Positions 14,166 to 26,975 of a stretch of DNA of 64,000 nucleotides are shown piece after piece. This DNA is from Octopus sinensis (taxonomy: Eukaryota). Below the pieces are notes generated by a model. That model worked only from the letters and a program-made list of their open reading frames with translations, was not told the DNA's origin and ran no database searches. Location: assembly GCF_006345805.1 (NCBI RefSeq), contig NC_043025.1, positions 9,300,001 through 9,364,000 of the forward strand, written 5' to 3'. The translations under genes and the position numbers were made by a program. Positions within the stretch are counted from its first letter, which is position 1. Every line of letters begins with the position of its first letter.

Positions 14166-14879
14166 CACACACACACACATGCACACACACAAGCCGACGC
14201 TGGTGATTACTCTGATCATGGCGGAAAGAAGGTCCAAGTTTCGGGTCGGCTGCAAAGACGGACACGGATGCGTGTACTTCTCGAAGAACTATTCTTAGAA
14301 GGAGCTTCACCCGAAGGTTGCAGCCGTCTTCTGCGCCATTTGACTTTGATCCTTGGCCAATGTATCGAGTTTGTTCCTCCACTCAATCGTCACGGTTAAC
14401 TGCTGCGGACGATGTTGCCTCGGTGGAAGGCGTGGTCGATCGTTCGAGTGTATGGCTTGTGTCGAAGGATAAGACTAAAATCGCTGCCTCGTACGGCACA
14501 GCCCCTACATCCTGTGACACCGTGTCTCGTAAAGTGGATCGTGTGGCTTCCCAGGCGACACTCAAGAACATCCCTGTGTGTAGTCGCTCTGCTAAGCAGG
14601 ACCCTAAACGCCAAATCGAGTCGCCAGATGCATGCGATCGTTTTGCTCATTTGGTCTTCGAAAGAACGGCTAAGTGGCCTTGAATCTGCATTATTTGTCA
14701 TCCAAAATCGAAGAGCACGTCAAGAAGTATCTGTAAAGTATTATCCTCTAAGTGGTCTCACAGTATGCTAGAAATAACAGCCAAGTATCTTCAAGTAAAA
14801 TGAAGGACAGTTTTAGTAAACTCTCTCCCTCTCTCTCGCTATTTCTCCATCTCCCTCTTTCTCCTCTCTCTCTCTCATT

Positions 14880-15165
14880 AGCAACCTCATCGTAAGGTCA
14901 AGAGTTCGATACATGGTGACGCGTTTTGTCCCTAAGACAAATCACTTTATTTCACATTGCTCCAGTCCACACAGCTGACAAAAATGAATTGTACCTGTAA
15001 TACAAACGGGGCCAGCGTGGTCACATTCTGTGTCACGCTGAAAATCCTTGAGAACTACGTTAAGAGTACACGTGTCTGTGGAGTGCTCAGCCACTTGCAA
15101 GATAATTTCACGAGCAGCAGGCTGTTCTGTGGATTGCATCAACTGGAAACCGCGTCGTCGTCACT
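14880..15165 (+). mobile_element. tRNA-derived SINE, family D (decayed)
   Basis: Shares the body CACTTTATTTCAC.TTGCTCCAGTCCAC.CAGCTG..GAGAACTACGTTAAG..GTGTCTGTGGAGTGCTCAGCCACTTGCA with copies at 24827, 25046 and 51640. Confidence 0.7.
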
Positions 15166-15167
15166 GA

Positions 15168-15340
15168 CAAAAGACGAAGACAGGTGGTGTACAAAACAAC
15201 CAGATGTATTAGTATAACGCCCAGGAATAGAAAAAGGGTTTACGTTTCGAGCCTACGCTATTCTACAGAAAGGGAGACAGAAAGAAACAAGGAGAGAAAC
15301 AAGGAGAGAAAAAAAGGAGAGAAAAAAAAGAGAGAAAGGA
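15168..15340 (-). mobile_element. Penelope-like terminal repeat fragment with degenerate hammerhead-like motif
   Basis: Inverted homolog of 28093-28278. The minus strand reads CTTTCTGTAGAATAGCGTAGGCTCGAAACGTA. Confidence 0.5.
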
Positions 15341-15377
15341 CACTTGCTTTGCGATCACTTCAACACCTGACCCGTGG

Positions 15378-16287
15378 CATTGAGTGCACCTGTTCTGACA
15401 ACATCGATTTGATGGACAAAGTGAGCTAATGTGCAGCACGAAGATTTCATCACTAAACAATTCATTCTGCAGGTCGTTCGGCTGAAGGGTCATTCGTCGT
15501 CTTCGACGGAAGACCCCTCCATGTATATACATATGTAACAATTATAAACCGGGCAAATTTTCATGGATGCATGCATGCATACATACACACGCTCACACAC
15601 ACATACATGCATACATACATACATACATACATACATACATACATACATACCTACATACATACATATACATATATACGACGGGCTTCTTTAAGTTCCCGTC
15701 TACTAAATCTACTCGCAAGGCTTTGCCCAAGGTGGCACGCAGTGAGACTGAGCCGGAACCATGTGTTTAGTAAGCAAACTACTCACCACACAGCCACTCG
15801 TGATATTTATTTTAATTAGCATTGAGTGCACCTGTTCTGACAACATCGATTTGATGGACAAAGTGAGTTAATGTGCAGCACGAAGATTTCATCACTAAAC
15901 AATTCATTCTGCAGGTCGTTCGGCTGAAGGGTCATTCGTCGTCTTCGACGGAAGACCCCTCCTTGTAACAATTATAAGCGGGGCAAATTTCAGCCATTTC
16001 TCCACAGGCTGAAAAACAATGAACAACCTTAATCGATTTTCGAATCTAATTGGGTTCTTATCAGAGGCGTCCCCATCATTTTGGCAATCTCCGCAAAACG
16101 AAGCAACCAAACTGTTTATATACTCAACAAATGCAGCAGTTACTCTATGAAGGACTCCCTAATTTGCATAACAAAAGTGTTTAACCCTATAAATACCAGC
16201 GGCCTATCAACAGGGAGCTTAGTCCTCTCAGTATCAAGATATGAATACGTAACACACAGACACACACACATATACATACATATTTAC

Positions 16288-16318
<31 letters not shown>

Positions 16319-17450
16319 CATACATACATACATGCATGCATACATACATACATTCATACATACATACATACATACATACATACATACATACATACATACA
16401 TACATACATGCATGCATACATACATGCATGCATACATACATACATTCATACATACATACATACATACTTTCATACATACATATACACACACACATACATA
16501 CATACATACATACATTCATACATACTCACACACACACACACACATATATATATTTGCACACATATATATTGATATCTATACACACATAACTATCTGTATT
16601 TAGAAGTGCACGCACGAGTGCGTGTGTGCCTGTTTGTGTGTGTGTGCGTGTGTGTGTGCGCGCGTGTATGTATGTTTCCAAGTATTTTAGAGTCTCCACC
16701 AGCAGTAGAAACCCTGCACACTCAAAAACGCACACATACTTATATATATACGTACATTCATTACTATGAGCGCACATACAGACACAACGTATAGACATAC
16801 CTGTTTGACACTCCTTGCAATAATTGGTGTCAAGGTTTTTTCATTCGATCACCTCACCAAATAACATAATAGATCTTGTGCTAAGTTTACATTACACACA
16901 GATATATTTACGCTTGAAGGCACACGAGCACACACACACACACACACACAAACACGAGATGATAACCACTCCTGTATATAGTATATAATAAACTTCGCGA
17001 TTATTGTCACACAAATGCATTGAAGTGGTTGTTTCAACAAGCTGAACTTTCCACACACAGAAAGATCTCAGACAGGAATCGAAACCTAATTATTAACTCT
17101 GGTAAGTATTACTCTCTTTTACTCTTTTACTTGTTTCAGTCATTGACTGTGGCCATGCTGGAGCACTGCCATTTGTCGAGTAAGCCTAGTACTTATTGTA
17201 TCGGTTTCTTTTGCCGAACCGATAAGTTACGGGGACGTAAACACACAAGCATCGGTTGTTAAGCGATGTTGGGGGGACAAACACAGACACGCAAACATAT
17301 ATATACACACACACACACATACATACATACATACATACATACACACATACAGATACATACATACACATACACACACATACACACACACACATACACACAC
17401 ACATACATACATACATACATACATGCATACATACATACAAACACACACTC

Positions 17451-17481
<31 letters not shown>

Positions 17482-17619
17482 CATATATACGACGGGCTTC
17501 TTTCAGTTTCCGTCTACCAAATCTACTCGCAAGGCTTTGCCCAAGGTGGCACGCAGTGAGACTGAGCCGGAACCATGTGTTTAAGTAAGCAAACTACTCA
17601 CCACACAGCCACTCGTGAT
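15378..17619. repeat. Local tandem duplication (15378-15803 and 15819-17619); first copy internally deleted
   Basis: A ~145-bp block starting GCATTGAGTGCACCTG occurs at 15378 and 15819. Both copies end in a SINE head with the same internal deletion and the same end (CAGCCACTCGTGAT). Confidence 0.8.
17110..17613 (-). mobile_element. SINE family E (tRNA-like head, CORE-like ACCTTGGGCAA segment, internal microsatellite)
   Basis: Homologous to 36402-36803 and to the partial copy at 15676-15799. The head reads GAGTGGCTGTGTGGT..GGTTCCGG.TCAGTC. Confidence 0.75.
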
Positions 17620-17657
17620 CCTACGACCGCTGCCCTAACCATTCGGCCATTGCGCCT

Positions 17658-17697
<40 letters not shown>

Positions 17698-17698
<1 letters not shown>

Positions 17699-17858
17699 AT
17701 TTAAAGGACTGACCACTAAAAGTGGACGGTCGACATGCTAGATATAGACGTCAAAATCGCTATTTTCCACGAAGAATGTGTTCTCAAGAAAAAAAAAAGT
17801 TTTGACGTCTATATCAAGCATATTGAGTGTCCACTTTTAGTGGTCAGTCCTTTAAATT
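17698..17858. mobile_element. Foldback/MITE-like palindrome 1
   Basis: About 59-bp inverted arms (AATTTAAAGGACTGACCACTAAAAGTGGAC.. / ..GTCCACTTTTAGTGGTCAGTCCTTTAAATT) next to (TA)n. Confidence 0.75.
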
Positions 17859-18405
17859 TTGTATGTAAAAATATTTTAATCTTCGGATTTTTTTTAATAT
17901 GCTAGGCCAGTGGTTTTAATTGATTAATATCAATTTCTACCCTTATTCAATTATATATATATATATATATATATATCTTTACTCACACACATACTTACAT
18001 ACATATATGTATGTATGTATGTATTTATGTATGTATGTATGTATGTACTGTAATGCCTCACTTTACGAGGACCCGCTCTACAATACACTGGGTTAACGAG
18101 TTCTATCTTTCAAGCGCAAGATCCAATCTTCCGACGAAGTGCAAAGAACTTTCTGCTGCCATAACAGATGCTTCTCAGTGTTACGAATGCATTTATAGAG
18201 TTCGGGAAAAAAGCTTCTCTTAAGCAAACAACTCTAGACTTGATTTTTTTGTTTTGTTTTAAAGAGATCTACAAGTCCGTCTATGAGTACTTGTGAATTG
18301 GGTGATTGTGTTTTCAAGTGATGGTGTTCATGAGTATAGTGTGAGTGAAAGTAGTCAGGAAACAACAACAACAACAATAATAATAATAATAATAATAACA
18401 ACAAC

Positions 18406-18451
<46 letters not shown>

Positions 18452-18737
18452 TTTTTATTATAGATGATCTTGACATTCTTATTAATTTGCATAAAATAGT
18501 CTTTACATTCTACTCTTGTGTTATTGCCGTTTATTTACGAGTATTGTAAATTTTATTGGTAAAATATTTTTTCTGGGAATGGATTATGATTTATAATATT
18601 GCTACTATGAGAAATTGTTGCTCTGCTTTACGAGTTTTCCCTTTATGAGCAGTCTCTGGGAACAAATTAACTCGTATATCGAGGCATTACTATATATATA
18701 TATATATACATATGTGTGTGTGTGTGCGTGTAGAGAC

Positions 18738-18801
<64 letters not shown>

Positions 18802-19019
18802 AGAGAGAGAGGAAGGAAGAGGAAGAGAGAGGAAGAGGGTGAGAGAGAAGATATGAGGTGTTTTCGTCAGGATGACTCAAACACGTAATTATGCATTCTG
18901 AGTGCCCAAATAAGAGTGCCACCAAAATGTCTACCGCACGCCGTGTCGCTAAATTTAGATTGAATTAAATGTAATTAAATTTCCTTATTATGCATTGCCT
19001 ATTTTTTTGCCTTTCCTTA

Positions 19020-19107
<88 letters not shown>

Positions 19108-19301
19108 TAATGGAATAGTTACTATGAAAAATTGTGCTGAATATATTGTGTAAAAGATTGTGGGTATAAAACATATTTTATAATATATATATCGCATTGT
19201 TTTGGCCTAACCCACGATCTGTTATACAATATATAAACTTAATATTATTAGAACTATTGAATTTCTAAATGTCTCAGAGAGACATCAGCGGTGTTGGAGC
19301 G

Positions 19302-19460
19302 ATAGAGTGGTTGTATACTGTCAACTTAACGGGACAGCCCCGTAAAGGGAAATGTGTCAAAGCCGACAGGAAGCGTCGATGCTTCCTAGGGCTAAATAGC
19401 GGTAGTGTAATTCCCTTTACGGGACTGTCACGTTAAGTTGACAGTATATAACCACTCTAT
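19302..19460. mobile_element. Foldback/MITE-like palindrome 2
   Basis: About 50-bp inverted arms (ATAGAGTGGTTGTATACTGTCAACTTAACG.. / ..CGTTAAGTTGACAGTATATAACCACTCTAT). Confidence 0.75.
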
Positions 19461-19734
19461 AAAATTAATAAGGATCAGGATAACAGAGATTTGCACAGCC
19501 GAGTTTTATTATACAGTTAATCACATCTTCCTTCGTCAAGATCTGCGAATATTTCTGCTGCGAGTCATATATATAAACCAAGTCAAAAGAGAACATGGAA
19601 GCATGAGTCGCTCCTGACTTGGCACTTCTTCTCAAGCTATCCAACCCATGCCAGCATGGAAAACGGACGTTACATGCTGCTGCTGCTGCTGATAATTTAT
19701 ATTTAGATACATATATACATCCATTTATAAATAA

Positions 19735-19785
<51 letters not shown>

Positions 19786-20012
19786 CAGTATATATACACT
19801 ATGTGTATATGTTGTATATATATGTGGATGGGTGTGTATATGCAAAAATATATAGATGTGTATATATATATATATATGTGTATGTATATGTATATAGTGT
19901 GTGTATAAATACATACATACATATATATATATGTATGTATATTTACACATCTATATATTTATATTTATATATATATATATTTATATATATTTATATATAT
20001 ATATATAGAGAG

Positions 20013-20045
<33 letters not shown>

Positions 20046-20079
20046 CATACATACATACATACATACATACATACATACA

Positions 20080-20109
<30 letters not shown>

Positions 20110-20110
<1 letters not shown>

Positions 20111-20336
20111 TTCTTTATTACCCACAAGGGGCTAAACATAGAGGAGACAAACAAAGACAAACATAGGTTTTAAGTCGATTACATCGACCCCAGTGCATAA
20201 CTGGTACTTAATTTATCGACCCCGAAAGGATGAAAGGTAAAGTCGACCTCGGCGGAATTTGAAGTCACAACGTAACGGCAGCCGAAATACCGCAAAACAT
20301 TTCGCCCGGCGCGCTAACGTTTCTGCCAGCTCGCCG
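20110..20336 (-). mobile_element. SINE family C inserted in (CATA)n
   Basis: Homolog of 27572-27800. Contains CCTTTCATCCTTTCGGGGTCGATAAA..AAGTACCAG, resembling a conserved metazoan SINE central domain. Confidence 0.8.
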
Positions 20337-20817
20337 TATGTACATACATACATACATACATACGTACATACATACATACATACATGCATACATACATACA
20401 TGCATACATACATGAAATGTTGGGTGTATACTTACTTTTGAAATGCCAGTGTATACACACACATACATGTATATTTATATATCCTCTTGCCTTCACAATG
20501 AAATAAAAACCATCGAATCTTGTAAAGTTGTTTTAAATCGTCTGGGTTTTTTCTTTCCTAAATGTGATGCACCAATAAACATAAACCTATTCACAGACAT
20601 CATCCAATGATTCAGCAAGTGTGACAATAGGGTTAAAACAAGAAATGTTGCCCCATAATCTACACATACAGACACACACACACACACACAAAAACACACA
20701 CACATATAGATAGGTTGATATATATATAGAGAGAGACAGGTAGGTAAATAGATTAGATAGATAAATAGATAGATAAATAGCTAGCTAGATAGATAGATAG
20801 ATAAATAGAGAGATAAC

Positions 20818-20885
<68 letters not shown>

Positions 20886-20934
20886 CATAGATAGATAAAT
20901 AGATAGATAGATAAATAGATATATAGATACATAG

Positions 20935-20965
<31 letters not shown>

Positions 20966-20978
20966 AATAGAGAGGTAA

Positions 20979-21025
<47 letters not shown>

Positions 21026-21099
21026 TATAGATAGATAAATAGATAGATAGATAGATAGGTAGATAAAGATATAGAGAGATAGATAGAGATAGATAGATA

Positions 21100-21738
21100 T
21101 GTTTCTTTATAGCACACAGGGCTGCACACAGATAGAACAAATTACAAGGTAGAGCTTTTCTTTTGAAGGTTTAAAAAAAAAAAAAAAAAAAAAAAAAGAA
21201 AAAAAGGAAAGGGAGTTTCGATCAAAAGGGATCGTAAAAGGAGAGAAAGAGGACAAAAAAAAGGGGGGTTAAAAAAAAAAAAAAAAAAAAAGGGGGGGAG
21301 AGAAAAAAAAAATGGATCAATAGATCGTTATCACAGAAATGTCAATATGAAGTGTAAAGGGGAGGACAGGTGAGGTTTACCCGTGGAAAGAAAAGCCTAC
21401 GGAAAAGACCACGTAACCTCGGTCAATGAAGTCACATTTATATTTCTTTTTTTTTTTTTTTTTTTTGCAAATAAGCAACTCTCTGTTTTCGATTTCTGGG
21501 CTCACAGGACTATGCTCAAGGTGGCTTCGTCATTCATACGTGCCATTCTTGCTACATTCACCCATCTTTTTTTAAAACATTCGCTAGACAAAACTTGCCT
21601 CTCTACTCTCACTTTCCTTTTCAAGTGGTACTTGAAGAAGTTGATGAGAGATTGACAGAGAGGAAAGTGTTTGTCTCCAATCCTTTCAGACGCGTCCACC
21701 AGATACATTCTTTCGCCATAGCCACAAGGATGATGAAA
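21100..21738 (-). mobile_element. 3' end of a Tx1/L1-clade LINE inserted in (GATA)n
   Basis: Minus translation FIILVAMAKECIWWTRLK..FFKYHLKRKVRVERQVLSSECFKKRW matches the Tx1-type ORF2 C-terminal pattern. A 3' UTR follows, and (GATA)n lies on both sides. Confidence 0.7.
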
Positions 21739-21790
21739 AGAGATAGATAGATAGATAGATAGATAGATAGGTAGATAGAGAGAGAGATAT

Positions 21791-21881
<91 letters not shown>

Positions 21882-21946
21882 CTTATGCAAACACGCTATG
21901 CGCAGTGATGGACATACATTAATATATTTATGATATGAATACAAGT

Positions 21947-22281
21947 GGAAGCGCAATGGCCCAGTGGTTTTAGGATCACAGTTTCGATTCCCAGACTGGG
22001 CATTGTGAATGTTTATTGAGCGAAAACACCTAAAGCTCCACGATGTTCTGTCAGGGGATGGTGGCGAACCCTGCCGTACTTTTTCACCACAACTTTCTCT
22101 CACTCTTTCTGTTGTACCTGTATTTCCAAACGCCAGCCTTATCAAGCTGACTCTCCCGAGAACTACGTTAAGGGTGCACGTGTCTGTGGAGTGCTCAGCC
22201 ACTTGCATGTTAATTTCACGAGCAGGCTGTTCCGTTGATCAGATAAACTGGAACCCTCGTCGTCGCAACCGACGGAGTTCC
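21947..22281 (+). mobile_element. Chimeric SINE (family A/B head and body + family D tail)
   Basis: The head GGAAGCGCAATGGCCCAGTGG..TTCGATTCCCAGAC and body CACAACTTTCTCTCACTCTTTC join the family D tail GAGAACTACGTTAAGGG..AACCGACGGAG. Confidence 0.7.
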
Positions 22282-22739
22282 GCCATATGAATGTGTGGGT
22301 GCGTGTGTAAACAGTTGTAGAGAAAGTGAGGGTACAGGAACGAGGAGTTTGGTCTTGAAAGAAAAGAAGCCAAATAGGAGGTCATGAAGTATACTAAATA
22401 TTTTAATTCAACTGTAAGGACTCACAAATTCACTGATGGAAATTGTATGTTTATATATATATATATATATCTTAGTTGCGGAAACACAGACAACGTTACA
22501 CAAATATAAATACAATAAAACAATATAAAGACAATAAAAATAATAAAAATAACAACAGGTGTCTTTCGACTGGGGACGAACTGAATTAAGCTGGCGCGTA
22601 CAACATATATACACGGTACACATATTTATATATCTGTTACTCACACACATGTGTATTCGTCATCGAGTGGTGTACATATGTGCGAACTGGATACCATTGC
22701 ATTGACTTACCAGTTCCTGTTAAACTGTCCAACTCATGC

Positions 22740-23500
22740 CGTGTACAGTGTCTCCATCTAGCAGATCTATAAACGGATTATACTTTTTAATATTCAGGGT
22801 TTACTTGTCACCATTCATTCTGTAATAAGCAGAGTAATGTAGCTGACCAAGAGACAAAACATGGTGACTATTGTTGGTCTTATTAGTGCCAGGAAGAACA
22901 TTCAGTTATAAAATACTTTAGAGAAACTGAATTTTCCAATATTTATGTTAACTTACGCAAGTTTTTGAAACAATCTCTTTTGTATATTGTTGTTTACCTC
23001 ATTCTATAAGTTTTTTAGGAACTATATTAATTTCTTTCTTTTTCTAGCAAATTTCATTTAAAAGACATGGCCTTTGATAAGAATATAAGTAAAATTATGC
23101 TTAGTGACATTTAATATTTTAAAGGATTTATTCGTAAAAATTCACATAAGGTAAGTTGTTCCTTTTATTGCCTTCTCAAAGTTACTTATTTGATTGATAT
23201 TTCATACATAATATTAAATGTTCCTAAGTAACCACGTGTATTCGTCCCTGATATTTCATTTCTTTCTCCACAACTTTCTTCTAATCCTCATTATCATTAG
23301 ATTTTATAAATATTTAACCCAATCATGAAGCATGTCAGAGTTGATGGAATGTGAGTGAGAGAGAAGCCTGTCATCACACACTGCAACGGAGTATTCTGGC
23401 AGGAAATATTCAGTCGTCCAAGAGATGAGGGACAGATGCAGCCAGTAGATGGATCGTGACTTTGTCGTGACGTTCTCTTGCTATAAACGGTTGAAGGTTT
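22740..23500 (+). other. Gene A putative 5' non-coding exons/leader region
   Basis: Inverted homology to about 62180-62890. Splice signals are conserved in both copies: TTTCTAG acceptor ~23048, GTAAGT donor 23151, CATTAG acceptor 23300, GTGAGT donor 23351. No in-phase ATG was found. Confidence 0.5.
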
Positions 23501-23635
23501 TACGGACATCAAGGGCTACACCATTTCTTTTGCAGAAGTTGTCAAACACATGGAAATACTAATGTATCACATAGAAATCAAATCCTCACTTGATCTGGCT
23601 TTATAGTATTGTACTTCTTCTAATCATTGAAGACT

Positions 23636-23934
23636 GGAGGCACATGGCCTAGTTGTTAGAGCAGCGGACTCGCGGTCGAGGGATCGCGCCTTCGAATCTC
23701 AGACCGGGCGATGTGTGTGTTTATGAGGAAAACACCTAAGCTCCACGAGGCTCCGACAGAAGGTAATGGCGAAACTTCAACTGACTCTTTCGCCACAACT
23801 TTCTCTCACTCTTTCCTCCGGCATCTTGCAGCTCACCTGCGACGGACCGGCGTCCCGTCCAGGTGGGGAACCTATACGCCAATAAAACCGGGAAACCGGC
23901 CCTTATGAGCCGAGAAGGAACAAACAAACAACAA
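23636..23934 (+). mobile_element. tRNA-derived SINE, family B
   Basis: A-box TGGCCTAGTTGTT and B-box TTCGAATCT; tail GAGAAGGAACAAACAA; four copies in the window. Confidence 0.85.
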
Positions 23935-24563
23935 ATCATGGAAGAGATAAAAATACCGAAAGGAATAAAGCTGATGGTTGTTTATGATTTTTTCTTAACC
24001 ATTGAAATATTGGACTTTAGAATAATAGGCTGGTAGTCAGCAGATGAGACACTGTCTACCATGAAATGGTAGAGTTCGATGATTCTCCTAAATATTCTTC
24101 TGTCCACCTCTTTACTAAACTATCAATCGTTAATACCAACAAAGGCTTTCCGTAATTTTCAATAATTTTTAGTTAACTGTTTTTAAGATATTTTCTTCAA
24201 ATATTGTGACTTTATTTCTAGCGAACACTTGTGTGAGTGTGTGAGAGAGAGAAAGAGAGTGTGTGTATGTTTGCGTTTGTGTGTGTAGTCATCCCACGCG
24301 TCTAGATCAACAATAACTTCAAACAAGCGAAACCATGAAGACTACTGTAACTTATGTCGGCATGAGAAGCAGAAGCAAAATGATGATGATGATGATGATG
24401 ATGATGATTATGATGATGATGATGATGATGTGTGTATCTTTCTTGCCCATTTTTTTTTCTCTTTGAAATCCCTTTTTTTCTCACCCAAACATCTTCCTTG
24501 TTCTCTCTTCTCCTCTCTTTCTCCTTTAATATATTTCATACGGTTTCACTTTCTTCCCTTCAG

Positions 24564-24715
24564 ATCAACGAAACAAATTCATGGGGTCTGACATATCTGA
24601 TGGCTGCTTGTCAAGCGGGAAACATAGATTTGATAAATTCCTTAATAGAAGCCGGGTCTGATTTAGACATGAAGGACAGAGATGATTGTACAGCATTTCA
24701 TTATGCTGTGAGTGG
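24564..24715 (+). CDS. Gene A ankyrin exon 1
   Basis: ttcag|[51 protein letters not shown]|gtaag. Confidence 0.85.
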
Positions 24716-26087
24716 GTAAGTTCAGAATTAGCCAGAATCTATAAATCTGTTTTGTTTACTTCCAATTCCAGGCAGGTTAAATGTCCAAAGATGCCCCCGA
24801 GTAGTGCCAGTGTGATACGACAACAGGAGCACTCCGTCGGTTACGACGACGAGGGTCCCAGCTGTTTGCTTGTGAAATTAATGTGCAAGTGGCTGAGTAC
24901 TCAACAGACACGTGTACTCTTAACGTAGTTCTCGAGGAGATTCAGCATGACACAGAGTGTGACAAGGCTGACCCTTTGAAATACAGGTACTATTCATTTT
25001 TGCCAGTTACGTGAAATAAAGTGTCTTGCTCTAGGACACACACACGTAGCTTAGTATTTCGGGCATTCCGCTCGCAATCGTATGGTGATGAGTTCAATTC
25101 CCGTAAGGTCGTGAGTTCAATTCACGTTGCTCCAGTCCACTCAGCTGGCAAAGATGAGTAGCAATCACATTTCAAAGGGCCAACCTTGTAACACTCTGTG
25201 TCACACTGAATCTCCCTGAGAATTACGTTAAGGGTACACGTGTCTGTGGAGTACTCAGCCACTTGCACATTAATTTCACTACCAAACTGTTCAGTTTGCA
25301 CGTTAATTTCACGAGCAGCAGGCTGTTCCTTTGAATGGATCAATTGGAACCCTCGTCGTCATAACCGAAGAATACGACAGCAACATGATAGTAAGAAACA
25401 GCAACATCTTTTTTCTCACATTCTCCATGAATTCTCTTCATTATGGAATCATAAAATCCTTTTTGGTGACCTGTAGTCAAAACAGATTATTTTTGTTTTG
25501 GAGATAATCTTTGAGACCCAACAGTTCTTAAGACTGACCCACTGCGATTCAATATCTTCTATTAATATTGATTATGGAGAGATGAATACATTTTTCTCCT
25601 CCAGCAATGTTTATTTCAGTTCTGAAACAGGAAAAAAGGGTTTCCATAGTTTCTTATGGCAGTAATAATCTTTAAACTCCCTCCCAGAGATTATGATACC
25701 CCATACATCCATAACATACTCAACTCATTCGATGAAATATTAACTGTAATTTCAACTCCATCTCGGGTTAAAAATTCATTTGCCTTAAATTCTTGGAATC
25801 AATTTGAAATGAACTCCTTAATCACTGACCTGAACCTGTTAGCAACTCGGGGACTCTCACTGCCCCCAAATACACGTCCATTCTAGCTAACATCCTCAGT
25901 TCAAAAGTAGTTTCTCAACTATCTCTCTACTTCACTTGATATCAATTCTCATTTTGCTTCCAGTTCTGTCCCTCAGAACTTGTCTGACATCTTTGGTGCA
26001 TGTGCGACTATGCCACGCGTCTCTGGTAATTTACCATTTGTTGAAGTTGTTGCTATTTTAGATTTTTTATACAGTTTCACACACACA

Positions 26088-26121
<34 letters not shown>

Positions 26122-26907
26122 TTCTTCTACTCTTTTATAAGCTTCCGCCCAAACGCTGTGGTCATGCTAGAGCGCCGCCAGTGTAATCACCTTTTCCTTG
26201 GCCATTCTTATGCGATTGCCTTTTGGTGAAAGAGGGAGTTCAACATAGTTGCTCCCATTTGAGTTTTTGCTGTGATATTGGTGTATCCTTCATAGAACCA
26301 GCATAGTTTCCTTGTCCCGTATTCTGAACGTTCTTAGAATTCATCCAACCATTATTATTTCAATGTCTGCGATCTTTTTCTTTTTACTTTCAGCAAGCAG
26401 CATACTGTGGTGCCACTGATAGCCTCCAAAGGGGCCAATGCAGAGAAATGCAACGCCCAGGGCAACAGTCTTCTCCATCTGGCGGTGGAGACGGGCTGTA
26501 AAGATATGGTGAAAGCAGTATTACATGTCACTGAAAATAAGAGTGTACAGGTTAGTGTGTTTATAAATATACTCACATGTACACACAGAAACACACACAC
26601 ACGCACAGTATGTTTGTTCCTTCTCAAGCCATGCATGGCTCGTAAGGGCCGGTTTCCCGGTTTCCTTGGCTTATAGGTTCCCCACCGGGACGGGACGCCG
26701 GTCCGTCGCAGGTGAGCCACAAGATGCAGGAGGAACGATTGAGAGAAAGTTGTGGCAAAAGAGTCAGCAGAAGTTCGCCATTACCTTCTGCCGGAGCCGC
26801 TTGGAGCTTAGGTGTTTTGCTCATAAATATACACGTTGTCCGGTCTGAGATTCGAACCGGTGATCCCTCAAACGCGAGTCCACTGCTCTAACCACTAGAC
26901 CATGTGC

Positions 26908-26975
<68 letters not shown>

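Noticed and set aside
23301-23350. ATGs at 23325 and 23332 as the start of gene A
   Set aside because: Splicing at the GTGAGT donor gives phase 2 or 1, but the next coding exon needs phase 0.
23711-23908. Recurrent similar ORFs (23711, 26624, 35465, 48171 and 31123, 42821) as a small gene family
   Set aside because: They are translations of SINE copies with tRNA-like A/B boxes.
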